Shown: positions 38,331-52,376, numbered from the stretch's first letter. The stretch is 64,000 nucleotides of DNA from Psilocybe cubensis (GCA_017499595.2 CM039003.1:992001-1056000), one strand, 5' to 3'. Made by a program: numbers and translations. The notes: generated by a model not told the origin, from the sequence alone.

Positions 38331-40111
38331 TTATTCCTGAGCGACCTTTCTGCCAAGCACAGCATTTTTGGCGCTCTTCCCGCCTTTCGCTTTGGCGATA
38401 ATGTCTTTCTTCTTCTCTCCAGAAGCTGCGCCGCGTTTCTGCTTTAGCTCTTCCTTCGTGAGAGTAGGCTTTGCGGGAGACTCTGAAGCAGAAACGGGGG
38501 CGGAAACGGGAGCAGACTTGGATAATTTTTTCTTATCCTTGCCGGATTTATCTTTTCCTGCTGACGGCGTTGCGGTGTCGGGTGCAGAAGGGGATTGGGA
38601 AGGGTCGCTACTGGCAGTGGAGATGTCTAATTTATTTGATTTTTTCTTTTTCGATGGCACTTCGGAGGTCGCAGGCAATGATGATTGCGAAGCGATGGCA
38701 GGTGTAGCCGCAGCCTGGGACTTTTTCACTTTTTTGGTATCTGACTCGGGAATTTTTTGCGCTTTCGGAGCAGGCGAGACGATTGTAGGTTCGCTTGATG
38801 TCGTAGCGGAGGAGGCCTTCGCTTTGGGAGCTTTCTTTCCTGCGGAGATAGGAACGGCTGACGGCGAAGCAGTCGGTGCGGGCAACGTCGGGTCTGTTGT
38901 TTTGCGTTTCTTTGATGCGGTATCGATTGTAGTGGGGGGCATTTTTGTTGGTTTCGAGGTAGGGGCAGATTTTGCTTTAGTGGATGGGGCACCGTCGGCA
39001 GACTTCGCTTTTTTCTTAGGCTTTTCCTCCTCCTCTTGTTCTTCGTCGGACGATGAAGCCCGTTTTCTGCCCTTTCCGGCAACATCCTTCTTCGCCTTTG
39101 GTGCCTCGACCTCCTTTTCTTCCTCCTCCTCAGATGCTTCATCCTGTTCATCTTCCTCAGAATCTGACTCCACCTGGAACCCATCCCACCTTCCGCCTTC
39201 TGTGCTATCAAGAGAACATGACCATATTGGGAGACTGACGCTGTAGTTGGTCTTGATGCTAAGACTCTGGACGTTATCCCAGCCTCCCTTGAGGGCTTTT
39301 ACGACAGATGGGAGAGCCGTTTTAAGATTGTCAAGAATTTGGGAAGGCTTCTGCGACATTTTTCCAATTTTGATAGATCTGTGGTCGGTTATTAAGCGCC
39401 AAAATAACATGGGCCTAAAAAGATACGTACGTGTAGGTTCCTTGGTTTTGATTCATGTAAGTAGATGAGATAGCTCGTTCGAGTTCTCCCTTCAAGTCTT
39501 TTCTCGTCAAGCACACGGGGATGGGTTGCCTGAAAGCATCGACATTAAGTTAAGTAGATATAATCAAACAAAATATACACGCACTTCTTAGCTTCAAACC
39601 ATTTTGATCCCAGCAACTTAGGCAATAGAGGAATTACTCGCTCGTCCGCCAAAAACATGCCATTCTCCTTCAGCAACATCCTTCTGGCCTCAAATGGCTT
39701 GAACTTTCCCTTCAACTTCTCGATTCCAACGACTCTTGAGATAAATTTGATATTGTGTTTTTCGAGAAGATCTTTATATTCGCGTTGAGGGTCTTTCGTA
39801 ATTAAACACACAGCACTTGTTCGTGGGTCGACGAGTGGGTGCACGATGGGTCTGACGAAGTAAAATTATTTTAAACATCACAAATGAGATATACAAGATT
39901 CAGAAACGTACATTTTAACAGGTTTCAGCTTATGGCCAGAGGGTATGGCTTTAACAACGACATTAAGCCAAATATTTTGCTCTTTCGCGGGGAGAAGTTG
40001 GCCCTCCTCGAACTTTTCCTTTTTCTTCAGCTCATGGGAGTGAAGGGCGTCGACTGCCTTTTTGCATTGTTGTAGTGGGACGTGAGAGTCGATAAGTTCA
40101 CCTTTGGGCAT
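38331..40111 (-). CDS. Ribosomal L1 domain-containing nucleolar protein (Cic1/Utp30/RSL1D1-like) with Lys-rich tail
   Basis: VCLITKDPQREYK, LKGKFKPFEARR, FLADERVIPLLPKLLG, GGWDNVQSLSIKT..SLPIW, followed by an acidic and Lys-rich low-complexity C-terminus. Confidence 0.88.
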
Positions 40112-43100
40112 GGCGACGACGTTTCGGACAGCGTCTGGATATCAGAAAGGCATTGAGCACAAAAAATCGGTGTTTGTCATTGCTTGGCAAAGGCTTTACC
40201 CGACAATTGATGGCAGACAGCCCTCGTTCAACCTTCTTAAACCCTTCCTTCAAACAACAACCCGTTTTCTTTTCGCATCTTTCGTACAGCAATTCCAAAC
40301 ACATCCTGGACTCTGGCATCATTGATATGCTTTCCTCATATAACAGTCATTTCTCTCCCCTGTGCCCTTGCCCCTTTGTTCAGACGTTTGGCATAACCGA
40401 GCAAAATGACGATGTCAAAGCCAAGTCAAAGACCTCAATGCTCCTTATTCGTTGGATCTCTATTATCAACGCTGATGTCCTGCATCTTGGAACCTATCAC
40501 CTTAGGCTTCAACGGAAAGCTATCTTTATCTCATTCTTTGCTTGTACTCTTCGATCACCCGATTCTCAGGCTGTCTGGGTTTTCTTTTGGGGGATGCGAA
40601 TGTTTTTTTCTTGTCCTTGAATTGACTCTGAAGTGCATGCATCATCGGATATTCAAGTTTCCGTTGTCTTTTACCCCAAATTAGGACTTCTACCTAAGGT
40701 ATGTCATTTGATATAGACTGCGGGCGTATGCAACTCGTATAACGGTATCTGACACCGCCGCAGTTTCCCTCGCCTTCGTCAAAGCATGTTGAACAGTTTA
40801 ACAGCCACCTTTTTTTTAGTGAGGGGCCTCATTCAACTTGGCTGGAGTTTGTTGCGATATACCCTTGCGGTCTAATGGCGGCTGGGCCGAGGTTTTTACG
40901 ATGCTATTATTATGGTCAGTATCAGGCGAAATGTGATGGACGAAGGAAGCGAAACCCCTTATTGAGCAGGAGTCGCCTCAGGTTCTCCATGCTCAACTTG
41001 AACCTCAGGTGATGCTCCCGACTATGTGGTCACGATGTATTCCTTATGATGGGTAGGCTAGCGGTCGCCGACCGCTGGTTCGATCAACACCAATTTCCTA
41101 CTAGATGGATAGGAGCATGGTACTACGCGCAGAGAAACTCGAGTATCAGCATTTTCTCAAACTGGCTCAAAAGTCAGTAACAATTCCCTATCGATATTTT
41201 GTATCCAAACAATGCACTTGATCAACCACTCAAAAAGACGGTACCTGAGCTTTCTAACCGAATATCTTAATCCTGCACCAGTGCTCATGTGAGCATGCAT
41301 ATACAACAGAGATGTCTCCGTTTCTTTACTACATCTATCTCTTTCTCCTCAGCATCAGCAACCCACCTTGTCTTCCTATCTATGGTCGCATGCCGCACGA
41401 TAGATTTTCCTTCTCCAAGTGCCCACGTCAAACTGTCAGCAAACTACCATACTATCTATGAGTATATGTCGTTTGATCTCATTTCACTCTTATCGCCGCT
41501 TAGTACACAATATAGCCTTCTTGATATAGATTTCATGCCTCTGGAATAAGTGAAGGATGCTCTTGATGCCCATTATCTCCACTATTAAAGAGCTGGCAAG
41601 CGGTCACTGCCAATCCGAACGGACGCTCTCGTATTCTGTCGTATTGGCTTTGACAGTTTATCAGGCAGCTAAATGTAACGATGAACTGTTACGCGGAACT
41701 ACAACATAGCCCTTGCAGGGAGACTGTAGCAGTGCTGGTGGAGTGTCTTTATCGGTGCCAGCATCTCTATTCAGTTTTGCCATCGGATTTGTGGGCCAAG
41801 TCCCGAGCCTCCCTGGAGAATCTAATGATGCGCGGGATACGCCTACTTTCATGGATCCCCAAAAAAATGGGAAAGGTGAGTATTGACCTATTGATTTCCA
41901 GAACAATCAAGCAACAACGGAGGCAATGATCCCGCTGTAAATTCTGTTGCTATTTCGGTCTTAAGGTCAAGCAAGTATGCTCTGCGTCCCGGTCATGGTG
42001 GACAGACGAATTTGCTACATTTCAACGTCTCATTCGCTAAGTGGAGGGTCTTAAAATTCGTAACTCGGAGTTTGCTCAGTTACCGTAGAGGAAATCCCGT
42101 CAAATCAAATGTTTTACCGTTTTCTCTTTTACATATGACTTTGCTGACATTACTGACTCGTTACTGCACCGTATTTATCAGCGCATGACCTACCCATATG
42201 GCCCAGCACTATGGATTCATTCTACTCTGACTCAGTGACTCGTGTTACTGAGTCTTAGATGAACGCGTCATTGCACAATGTCGGCCATGTTGCCGTCTGG
42301 ATTTCTCAGCAAGAAATATATTCTACTACATCACTGCTTGCAAGGCAGGATAAACGCGTACTGTAGCGCCTAATGTAAACATAATGCCAGAGTCTGCCGC
42401 GATTTGCCGATAATAAGTCAACCTCCCCCGACCGTCGGATATATTGTCGCCGGGTTGTCGTGCAAAGTCGACTGCAATTATGTTTCGATGTGTAGCGCCA
42501 CGGTCATTGCTTCTGAAACGCTTGACTCTTCTAGTTCTGCATACATAATGGAAACCGGTACTGAAGAAGACGGTATATCGGATTTGCTTCTTCATCGAGC
42601 CGAATGACGAGCTGTTCACTTGTGTTCAATCAGTCTCAGCTGTTTTATAAACATCTGAAGGAGAGTTTTGGATGCAGTTAGTCTCTTGACTCGTAACTTT
42701 CGAATTGGTGAAAGCTCCGACCCTCTTTGCAGTCACTGCCAGAAGCTGTCATTCATTTCTCATAATTCAAATGTTAATGGTTTGCTGGTTTGCCTTGGTA
42801 ATCCAGAAAACGTAATGTACATGTGAAGAGTAGCCATTATTTAAATGAATCCGGCTTCCTTGAGTTGCGACTCTGCATAAAACGATGCAAAAAAGCTCTT
42901 GACTAAAAATTTAGCAGATACACATATAATTGATGTATATGGGCGTTGGCGCTGTGGCACAATGTAGGGCTTGAAATTGAACAGGGTCAATGACTCGCCG
43001 TGCTGAATGCGTCCATCATCTTCTCTTTTTCACGCCGGCGGTAAATTTCCGCATTTTTGTAAGGTTAGGTGATACCTTGTGGGTTGACCTGGAGGTTACA

Positions 43101-43481
43101 GGAATCATGTGCGCCAGCGACCACAGCAAGCGACATAAAAAATGCACCATATTTATGGGCATTTATTCCACTGTACTATGAAACGGCAGACTAATATGTA
43201 CCCATAATAGATTCTATGTGGGTCATACTATGGTGCCGAAGACGCCCTAATATTATTGACTCTTAGAGACTAGAGTATATGGTAATGTCCAAGTACACTT
43301 TTACTAGGATCAAAACACGCGAAATTTCTCCAACATGTACACTGTCACATCCGCGTCGTTGTGTACGTTAAGCGGTTAAGTACGATAATTTTAGGTTAAA
43401 GCCTAAACCTTGGCGAAAGATGCCCAGCCCAATCACTGGAGAACATCTCCGAGGCTCACATTCTCATCAACTAAATAGGCA

Positions 43482-45964
43482 GTAGATTACAATACAATGT
43501 AAACCAATACAATAATTTTTTAGTCTTACAAATCCACCCAATTTTTGGGGCCCGGTTTACAATGTCAAGCAATAGTTTTATTAGGTTAGAAAGTGGTCAT
43601 AATTATTCAATTTAAATTTTTATTCATTTGAGTATAGTAGTAGGGACATGTTATGTGTGTACATTGAAAGCGCATGCAATATCGGACTAGTGTGCGTGCA
43701 CGTTCTCCTTCCTGCCCGCAGACCAGTGCGGCGCGCCGAGGATGGGGTGCTGATACCCCTGCTGTGCATGAGAATGCTGCTTGTGCACCTCCTCTGTGAC
43801 CAGCGCATCCTCTCCGAGCAACACACTCTCATCCACAGGCTTCATCACATCTGCCTCTGCCTGTGCTTTTCAGCCAACGCAGCTCACATCTCACAGCAAA
43901 GCTTACTCGAGGCAGCAGCGGCAGCGGCATTGGCATTGGCAGCAGCAGTAGCATTAGCACTTGACCCTGTTTGCCGCCTCTCCGGGCAGCAAGGGCACTC
44001 GCCGTCGCGAGCTGCAACGACACCTTGAGGAGCGCAACACCGCCTCCGGGGAGGATACCCTCCTCGACAGCGGCGCGTGTCGCGTTGAGCGCGTCGTTGT
44101 ACCTGTCCTTCTTCTTGCCAACCTCGACCTTGGATGCTCCGCCCACCTTGATGACAACTACACCTCCGCTCAGCTTCGCGAGACGTTCTTGAAGCTTGCT
44201 GCGGTCAAAGTTGCCCGTCGTGGGGTCCGCAATCAAGGCACGGATCTGCTCGCACCATGCAGCAATCTGATCCTTTGCACCTTCACCGTTGAGAATGATC
44301 ATGTCGTCCTTGGTGACAGTGATGCTTCCAGTCGAACCGAGCATCTCCGCTGACGCACGCTCGAGCTTGACGTCGAGCTCGTCTGTGAACACTGTTCCTC
44401 CGGTGAGAATAGCAAGGTCACCGAGGATGCTCTTGCGATTGTCTCCAAACCCAGGAGCCTTGACAGCGCACACCTGCAGCTGACCACGGAGCTTGTTGAG
44501 GATGCAGGCAGCAAGAGCCTCGCCGTCGACGTCTTCCACAATGATGAAGTCAGTGGGCGTCTGGCCTGCGCCGTGGCCTCGAGGGCAGGGAGGATATCCT
44601 GTAGGGCGGAAATCTTCTTCTCAGAAAGCAGGATGAAGGGCTTCTCGAACTCGACGCGTTGGGACTTGGTGTTGGTGATGAAGTAGGGTGAGATGTAACC
44701 ACGGTCGAAGCGCATACCCTCGGTGATCTCAATTTTGTCCTCAATCGTCTTTCCCTCCTTCACAGTGATCACACCCTCCTTTCCGACCTTCTCCATTGCC
44801 TGAACAATTAATCCTCCAACGTAGGCGTCACCGTTTGCGGAAATAGTAGCTACCTGTGCGATTTCGGCGGTTGTCGTGATAGTTTTGGCGTGTGCAGAGA
44901 GGAAAGAGACGACACGGTCGACGGCGGCCTGAGACCCACGGCGCAGGTCCATGGGGTTGCATCCAGCTGCAATGTTCTTGACACCTTCTGAGTAGATGGC
45001 ACGCGCAAGAACAGTGGCGGTTGTCGTGCCGTCTCCGGTTTTGACTTGGACTTAGAGATGTTTGTCAAACAAAATCAGCAGATATCGGAGCTCCAAAATC
45101 AAATCAAGCGGAGCCTGAACTCACTTGAAGTCCCGCTGCAAGCAAATCACGTCCACTTTGTTTGCTTTTTTCTAACCACCACAATCCTCTGCCCACGGAT
45201 ATACATGGGGGCAAGGTACGTGTATTCATCTTTGTAAATTGATGTCTCCTCCTCGAACTAACATCATACACATCTTCCTTTAACCAAAACAAGTTAGTAG
45301 ATTATACTTTTTTGGTGAGTAATAGATAATTCTCACTCGGTGCTCATCAGTACTCACCACATACTAGGACCAACTATCTTGAACACTTGGATGAAGGGTC
45401 AGTATTTTAGTCTCTATTTAGTGTGCTTTACACTACTAACATTACTTGTGAAAGGTCCCAAACAACCAGACACTTGGATACAGACTTGAAAGCATGTACA
45501 TGTAAGTATATGCGCTTTTTATTGGTTTTTGATTCATTTTTTGATGCATATATTTTGGTCCACCATTTCCCGTACCACTTCAGCTGTTCCGAATGCTTGA
45601 AGCTGCCTTTTCCCGTGTGTCTTCACCATTCATGCCTACTTTGTGTCATTGAGTGTGGGAATTGTCAACTTCAGGTTCTGTTTTGGTGTTGAGGGTCCGG
45701 AGCTGTGCGCGCTAGCATGCGGGTTCAATGTGTCTTATATAGTTGTACTATTTTTATGAATAAATAATCTATTTTTCATTATGATTTTTGTGTGCTCCAA
45801 AAGGCATTACGATTGCAATACCCAGAAATATTGTAAACCTCAAATTAATTTATTCATGCTGCAATATTTCCGGTTTCTTACAACATTTCAAGAGCGTTGT
45901 AACGCAGTGCAAGAATTTCGAAGAAAAAAATATTTTATTGGGTTTGCAATGCTTTGTAATCTAC
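43482..45964. mobile_element. Degenerate TIR element (about 2.5 kb) carrying captured host gene fragments (Pack-type)
   Basis: The left end gtagattacaatacaatgtaaaccaatacaataatttttt aligns with the reverse complement of the right end, gtagattacaaagcattgcaaacccaataaaatattttttt. AT-rich arms flank GC-rich cargo. TSD not clearly preserved (possible TA at 43476 and 45968). Confidence 0.55.
43995..45039 (-). pseudogene. HSP60: Internal fragment of mitochondrial chaperonin HSP60, truncated at both ends and frameshifted
   Basis: [65 protein letters not shown]. Frameshift near 44550; N- and C-termini missing. Confidence 0.9.
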
Positions 45965-48900
45965 GCGTACTTTTTATGATGCTCGCATAGTCTACGGTTT
46001 ACCAGATGAGCACAAAATCTGAGTAGGTGTACGTTAGCCTGACACTGCTAGGGTTATGTCGGCCGTCGCCGCCTCCTCAATTATGGCATTTATTACGAAG
46101 CCGGTTACGATTGACCTCCAACTTAAGTAACAAAGATTCTCCCAGATCATCTTTGACGTGCAAGTTACGTTTTGAACACTGAATACCGGTAATGGTAGCC
46201 TCCGGACTAGCCGATCAAAACTTGTTTGCGTCTTTAGCTTGAACCTGGCTTTTTTATCCCTCGTATGTTTCGAAGATTTGTTTGTTCTTGGCGGTGTGTA
46301 AAACTCACAACGAGGAGATCTGTAGATATTCAATGCAATAATACGTGATCAAATAAGTAGATGAATGAATTCACGATGGGCTTGCAAGTCGGAGGCCACT
46401 GCTGATGACAGTTCAACGTACCGTGATCTTTGTCGCTCCCTGCCATGATGGTCGGGGCCGTGAATATCTCCAACAGTTTAGTAAGTTATTCATTGGCCAG
46501 AGAGATCACATTGCTCGCGTCATTTTTTGTGCTCTCAAAATATCGCAACCCGTATCCTTGGCTTCGGCCGGAAGTACACTTTTAATTGAATAAAAGGCAG
46601 AGACACAGACACATAGTGGTGTTAGAGCTTGAAACAAACAGATTCCCGAGTCATTTGGGCTTAGAGAGGATTTATGATGCATTCCATCCAGATTTGCGAC
46701 AAGAGCCTAAAGTTTATTCATTATATCATTATATCACTAAATCCTGAAAGTCATCGTGAGGGCATCCAAATATCTTGAAAGGAGGAACTTTCTCCTGCTG
46801 CGCCATGTATCTGGCTCTGCATTCTGCTAATTTGATTTTACCATTTGGTCTCTCCATTGCGGATGTCAAGGTGAACAGTGTGCTTTTATGGGCAAAAATA
46901 TTGCTGTATTCAGAATTCGACGGTGTGGCGCACACAAGCCAAGTCTAAGTAAACGACACGGATCAATCTCGGCATTCTACCAATTGCAAATGAAGATAGA
47001 CCAGACATCAACCAATGGACCTCTGTGGGCGCATGTGGTATCCTGACTTCATTGTGGAATTCGTGTAAATTCAACGAAACAGCTACTTGGCTTTACTATC
47101 TTTTTCACTTATCGGCGTTTAGGAATATCCGGGTTTTCTTTTCTTTTCGGCGGACGACGCGATGTGCCTCCGCTTTGCAAGGAAAAAAGAAAACCTTCTC
47201 AGAGGACTGAGAAATGAGGGACAGAGCAGTGCAGGGGTAAAGCTGATTTGTACTATGCTGATATCATCACGGCGATAAGGGCACGACCTAGTTTCAAGTT
47301 TCCGGTGGGCTGTGAGCAATAAGAGCAGGCATTTGCATGAAGAGTAGATCAAGTCATGAGTAAGGCGGCAGGAAAGAATCCATTGGGCACAGATACTTAC
47401 TAGAATTGAGGCCGTGTACGCCATATAGCATCCCGACGACCACTGAGCAACGCTTATTGATATAGCAAGGTGGATGATACGCTATTAGTACTCCTGCCAA
47501 TGTCTGCCATGAGGAGTCCCAGCGCCATATCACGGTCGATATACAGGCGGCCGGTCGACTGTATGTAAAGCCTATCTGATCGCAGTGGGGGATAATTCAC
47601 CATTTCAGAAACCATGGTCATTTGGTGCAACGTGAGCAATAGTCCCTCCTCTCCCTCTGATTTGAAGGCCGGGAGGACCATTTTGATTGTTAATTAGAAT
47701 TATACTATTAGACAGACCCAATTCGATTACGACCGCTAGCTATAGACAGCATCATAACGTGTACGTTGTTAATAACGTGGCTTGATCAATCGGGACTCGG
47801 GAAAATAAGGTGGGCAGGTACGGAATATTGCGAGAGTTTTACTTTCTTAAAGAATGGTGTGGCAATGCCTAGATCTCAAAGGAGGGATGGATTCTCGTGG
47901 GAGGGGTTTCTCTATGTTAATATTTCGAATAAATTTCATGTCTGACAACCGCTTAGAGGACCCGCACTATCACGAATACTTAAAACAATGCTCAGGTCCG
48001 TAGAGTTATATTTTAACTCCAATCAAAATAGCAAGGGGGGCAAGGTGAAAGCACTGAATGACACTCACAGCATTTCAAGAAGCGGTGTTTTTAGTGGAGA
48101 GTCTATCAAACGTCCATGTCAATAATGATATCTTTTTGGGAATAATCAGAGATGTGAATTTCGAGAAACAACGGGAATATGCGCAAGCAACGGTAGACGG
48201 AAGTACAGGCAACGCATCCGACAGAGTAGCGTAAGACTTAGAGCAAAATTGCAGCAAGTTTTGATCCATGGACAAGGAGCGATCCATGAACCTGTGCAAG
48301 CGATACGAGGTGAGTTGATGTGGGGTCGTTAAGGCCGCATAACCCGATATGTTGAAGGACATTTCGGATTCAAGTTCTCGGTTGCGCTTTTGTTTCTAAC
48401 AAAATGGCCTTCGAAACTTACAAAAACCTGGGGAAGGCAAAAAGCGAATGACGTCGCAGAAGATTCGTTGTAAGGCACTACGGCTTCCCTGGCCGTAATC
48501 CCCCCCGCCTTTACATGTCGATAACGAATGTAAAGTGATGTCTATCAGTGCCTTTTGTGACATCCATGCCACATGGGACATCCGGTTGCTTGAGAAAGAT
48601 ATATGTGAAGCCGCGCAGGCATAACGGGTTCTAAAAGCAAGTCGATTAATCAGTTACTGCAGCAACAAAAGTCCCTGTACTTGAAGCATCACTCTCGACT
48701 TAGCTTATTGCAGCACTTAAAGATGTGACAACAGGATGATGGTGGTTGTTGAAGAAAAAGCCTAGGCCAAAATGGGTGAGAGGACAGAAGCCGAACAAAA
48801 GTTCTCACGGGCGGGCAGCTTCCAATGCGCAAGGCTTTGCCATCCTCCTCAGCCTTTTCTCCAATTCCCCCCCCAACTTTTTCTTTTATTTCTATTTGAG

Positions 48901-48998
48901 AGGACCAACCCGCGGCGGCTGGTCGTATTGGAACGTTATATGTTCATTTGGACACTGGAACAACCATTTTTACCTCACTTTTAGCGCGGTGACGGCTG

Positions 48999-51433
48999 AT
49001 GGCTTTAACTCAATCTGCACGACTGCCAGGTCCATCCTGGGACGAAGAGGTCGTGCCTGCTCTACGGAAACGTGCGTGTTAAGGTGCTCGGGTAGCCTTT
49101 ATCTTGACCCTTTACTTTTTGTCACCTTTTCCAGGGCTAGAGAGCGAGAGCAGAACACTGGCGCGACGAATGTCCGCTATTTCCCTATCATCGGTAGACG
49201 AACCCGCACCGCTAAGCTACACTGCTTTTGCGGACAATTCATTGCGTTCAAATCAACCTCCAGCTCGTTCGAATACTCTCCAATCATCTGGCGGTCAAAG
49301 ACAACAGGCAGCTTATCAACAACCACCAGCACCGGATCGTACGATGACTACTGTAACCTCTCGCAATAATGGCACGGCTAATACAAGCGTACAAGTACCA
49401 ATTCAACAACGAGCGCGAACGTATTCATCACCCTACGCCTCTAATCCCAACGGACACCCAAATGGAACGACTCGGCCCAAATTAAATACAACCAAAACGG
49501 CTGATGGTTCTCGTTCGCTTTCTCCCCGACCTGTTGACGTGAAGCCCACGCGGATACCCAAGGCATCTCGTCCACCGCAAGTTGCGGGAGCTTCTTCCAC
49601 CTCCAACTCGCCATATACGAATGGATTCAGTCACAGCACACCTGTCACACCAGAAATACCTTATCAACTACCTCCAGAACATCGGGCATACGGAACAACC
49701 CAAAGAGACCTTGTGCCATCATCATCAACCAGGTCGACGATTGAGCTGCCTGCGCGAGGAAAATACCACCAATCTCCTGGGCTTATGCAGGAATCCCCGC
49801 CCTTTCCAACCGAATCAACAATGTCTTCCGGTTTCGATCAGGATCCTCCGCGTCCCTCAATTGACTCGGAGGAACGACCATATGAGCACTGGTATCGTGG
49901 GGAGGTGTCAAGAAATGGAGGTGTGGGTGAGCTGCGAGTTGGGAGAAGGCAAGAAATGCTGGATATCGCTAATTATGGACATCTGATTGGAAATAAGAAA
50001 GCGACAAGTCGAGTACCTCCGGTTCAGGCAGTGGAAAACAGTGTTCGACATCGAAAACGGGCAGGAAGTATTGCAGGGATTACAAACAAAGAGAGGGAAA
50101 GAGGAAGCGTATATCTCGACGACGAGCATGCCGACGAGGTTGGCCGGGTGCTTGATGAGCATCCTTTGACTGACCTGGATGGAGAAGAGTCGGACATTAA
50201 CTCAATAACAGACCGGAATGCGGTGGCTTATGCTTACCTGCCTGAAGATGCTGACACCATGCCGTCGGAGGAGTGGACGCAAACAGCTGGTGCGCACGAG
50301 TTGCGCAGTACAACTCCAACACCCAGTATGATACCTCGGTCATCCTCCCGACAAAACCAAAACTATCCTCCGAGTCGAATACCAGGGCCATCTTCGCGGC
50401 GTTCGTCAGAGTCTCGTTCAACCGTGACGACGCCTCCCGCTCAGAATGGTCTGAGTCGCTCCACAGACATTAATTCGACCTCGACATCTTCCATCACTAC
50501 ACCTTCACCATCCGTTTCTACCTCATCACCAAATCAGAGGCAACAAACGTATGCAAACCATACAGTGCCATCTGCAACGCAAAAGCGGGGCATGTCACCC
50601 GCGTCAAAAACAAAGACATCACGGACGGCTGCTGGTAAGGCTACCAGGGCACGATTATTAAGTCAGAGGGAGAGAGAGAAAGAGGAGAAGGAGAACCGGG
50701 AAAGTATAGCCCAATATCCTACACCAGGCGATGAAGGAGAAGATATGGCTGACGCCATTCCGTCATGGACGCAACCTGTGCCAAAGACAGGCAACTGGGA
50801 CGAGGTACGTTGTTCTGGTCGTTCTGTGTTTGATTTGCATCTCGGTTGGTTGACCTTGCATCTTTTCATCTTGTGCTTCTTCTTCCTAGGTTGTGTTGCC
50901 TGTAGTTGCTCGAAAGAAGGGTTTGGATGGATATTACGAAAATGCCAACGGTAGCCCGCAACCAAAGAAGAAAGGCGATGCGGTAGAACCTGTACGTCCT
51001 TTTCAAGTCGTGATTGCCGTTGTCAATCATTGCGGATGGAAATTTTTTCTGACGATTTACATTGGTTATTTAGGCTCCAGGTACCTTTGGATTCGACCAT
51101 TCCAAATACCGTCCTCCGCGTGATTTCGAGTCAATACCCATGGATGAATTCGGACGTCCTGCAGAACAGCCCACAGATGGAAAGGAGCCTGAGGTTGCTC
51201 AAGCTGAAAAACCTATTGACGAGAAACCATCCCCGCATGATGAAACACGTCTTCCCGTGCGGCAGCCTCCACCCCAATCACCCGTGCCATTTGCGCAGTA
51301 TGCTCCAACAAACGCACAGACTACTCGTCTAAAGGTCAGCGATCCGGAAGCTCAACTACCTCCTCAGCAGCAACAGCATCAAATGGAGGATGATGACAAA
51401 GATGCTGGGTGCTGCAAGTGCATTATTATGTGA
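48999..51433 (+). CDS. Uncharacterised, largely disordered Ser/Thr/Pro-rich protein with a C-terminal CaaX box, about 4 exons
   Basis: Exon 1 MALTQSARLPGPSWDEEVVPALRK splices to ORF 49104..50954 (RLESESRTLARRMS). Non-low-complexity islands ERPYEHWYRGEVSRNGGVGELRVG and DAIPSWTQPVPKTGNWDEVVLPVVARK. Ends GCCKCIIM*. Confidence 0.8.
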
Positions 51434-52376
51434 TGCGGCACATCTAACGTCGCTTGGACCTGTCGAATCACTCTCTAGGGAAGCTGAGGAGGCCTTTCTT
51501 CTCTTTTTCTTTCCAACCACATTCCTTGTGGCCCACTTTGTGGTCATCCTCAGCGGACTACATACATCCCCGTCTTCCGCTTACTTTTGTCACTTGCTAC
51601 TTCCCACTTCTGTGGAACCCCTGAGCTCCTCCCTTTTCACCGCACATCGTCGTTGGCGTCCACTCGTTCTCTCGACTGTTCTCTTCCTCCTATCTGTTAT
51701 ACCAACGCTATTGATTACCCAGTAATTTAACGACATCATGACAATTTAACTACTATTCTCTAGTCACACTTTAGCACCGCCATTTACTCTTCACACTTTT
51801 CGTCCCTCCTTCACTCCACCTTGCTCCGCGTTACACATAATTACGACTGACTCTGCCCATCCATCCCTCTTGTCATCCACTTATTTACGCTGCACCTACC
51901 CACCTACCCACTACCTACCTACATTTCTCATCTGACCTCCTACTACCATGCCCTAGCCCTTCCTTTACTTCCTGTTAACAAGGGTTCTTTTCCTTCCGTC
52001 TACTCTTTCCCTTTTGAGAGTTGTAATTTAGTCAGGTTTTTCTTTTTTGTCATCTGTTTTCCGTCGGGCCTTTCCCTTGTTTTCTTTTCGAATTGCCTTT
52101 CTCCTTTCACATAGGTATTCAGATCTGTTCTTTCAAGGCATTCGGCTATGAGGATATATGTTTCTACTATCATATTCGCAAATTCAAACGCTTTAAAGTG
52201 GTATGTGTATGAATCTAACCCATTCATCTTCAAGCTGATATATTGATGTATGACTCGATGCTATGAATCATAACATCTGACTGAATTAAACTCGTTTGAC
52301 CCAGGTATGTACTAACATGTTGACGAGTGAATATTTCTACCTTATTTCATCGTCACCAACGCCATCTGAGCTCAAA

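Noticed and set aside
38368-39246. 292-aa + strand ORF, and similar antisense ORFs at 60748-61488, 9023-9448 and 24151-24630
   Set aside because: These are antisense shadows of real genes, produced by low-complexity or biased codon usage.
43361-46036. 10-bp direct repeat gtgtacgtta (43361-43370 and 46027-46036) bracketing the HSP60 region, considered as a TSD
   Set aside because: It does not abut the inverted termini, and a 10-mer match within these flanks is plausible by chance.
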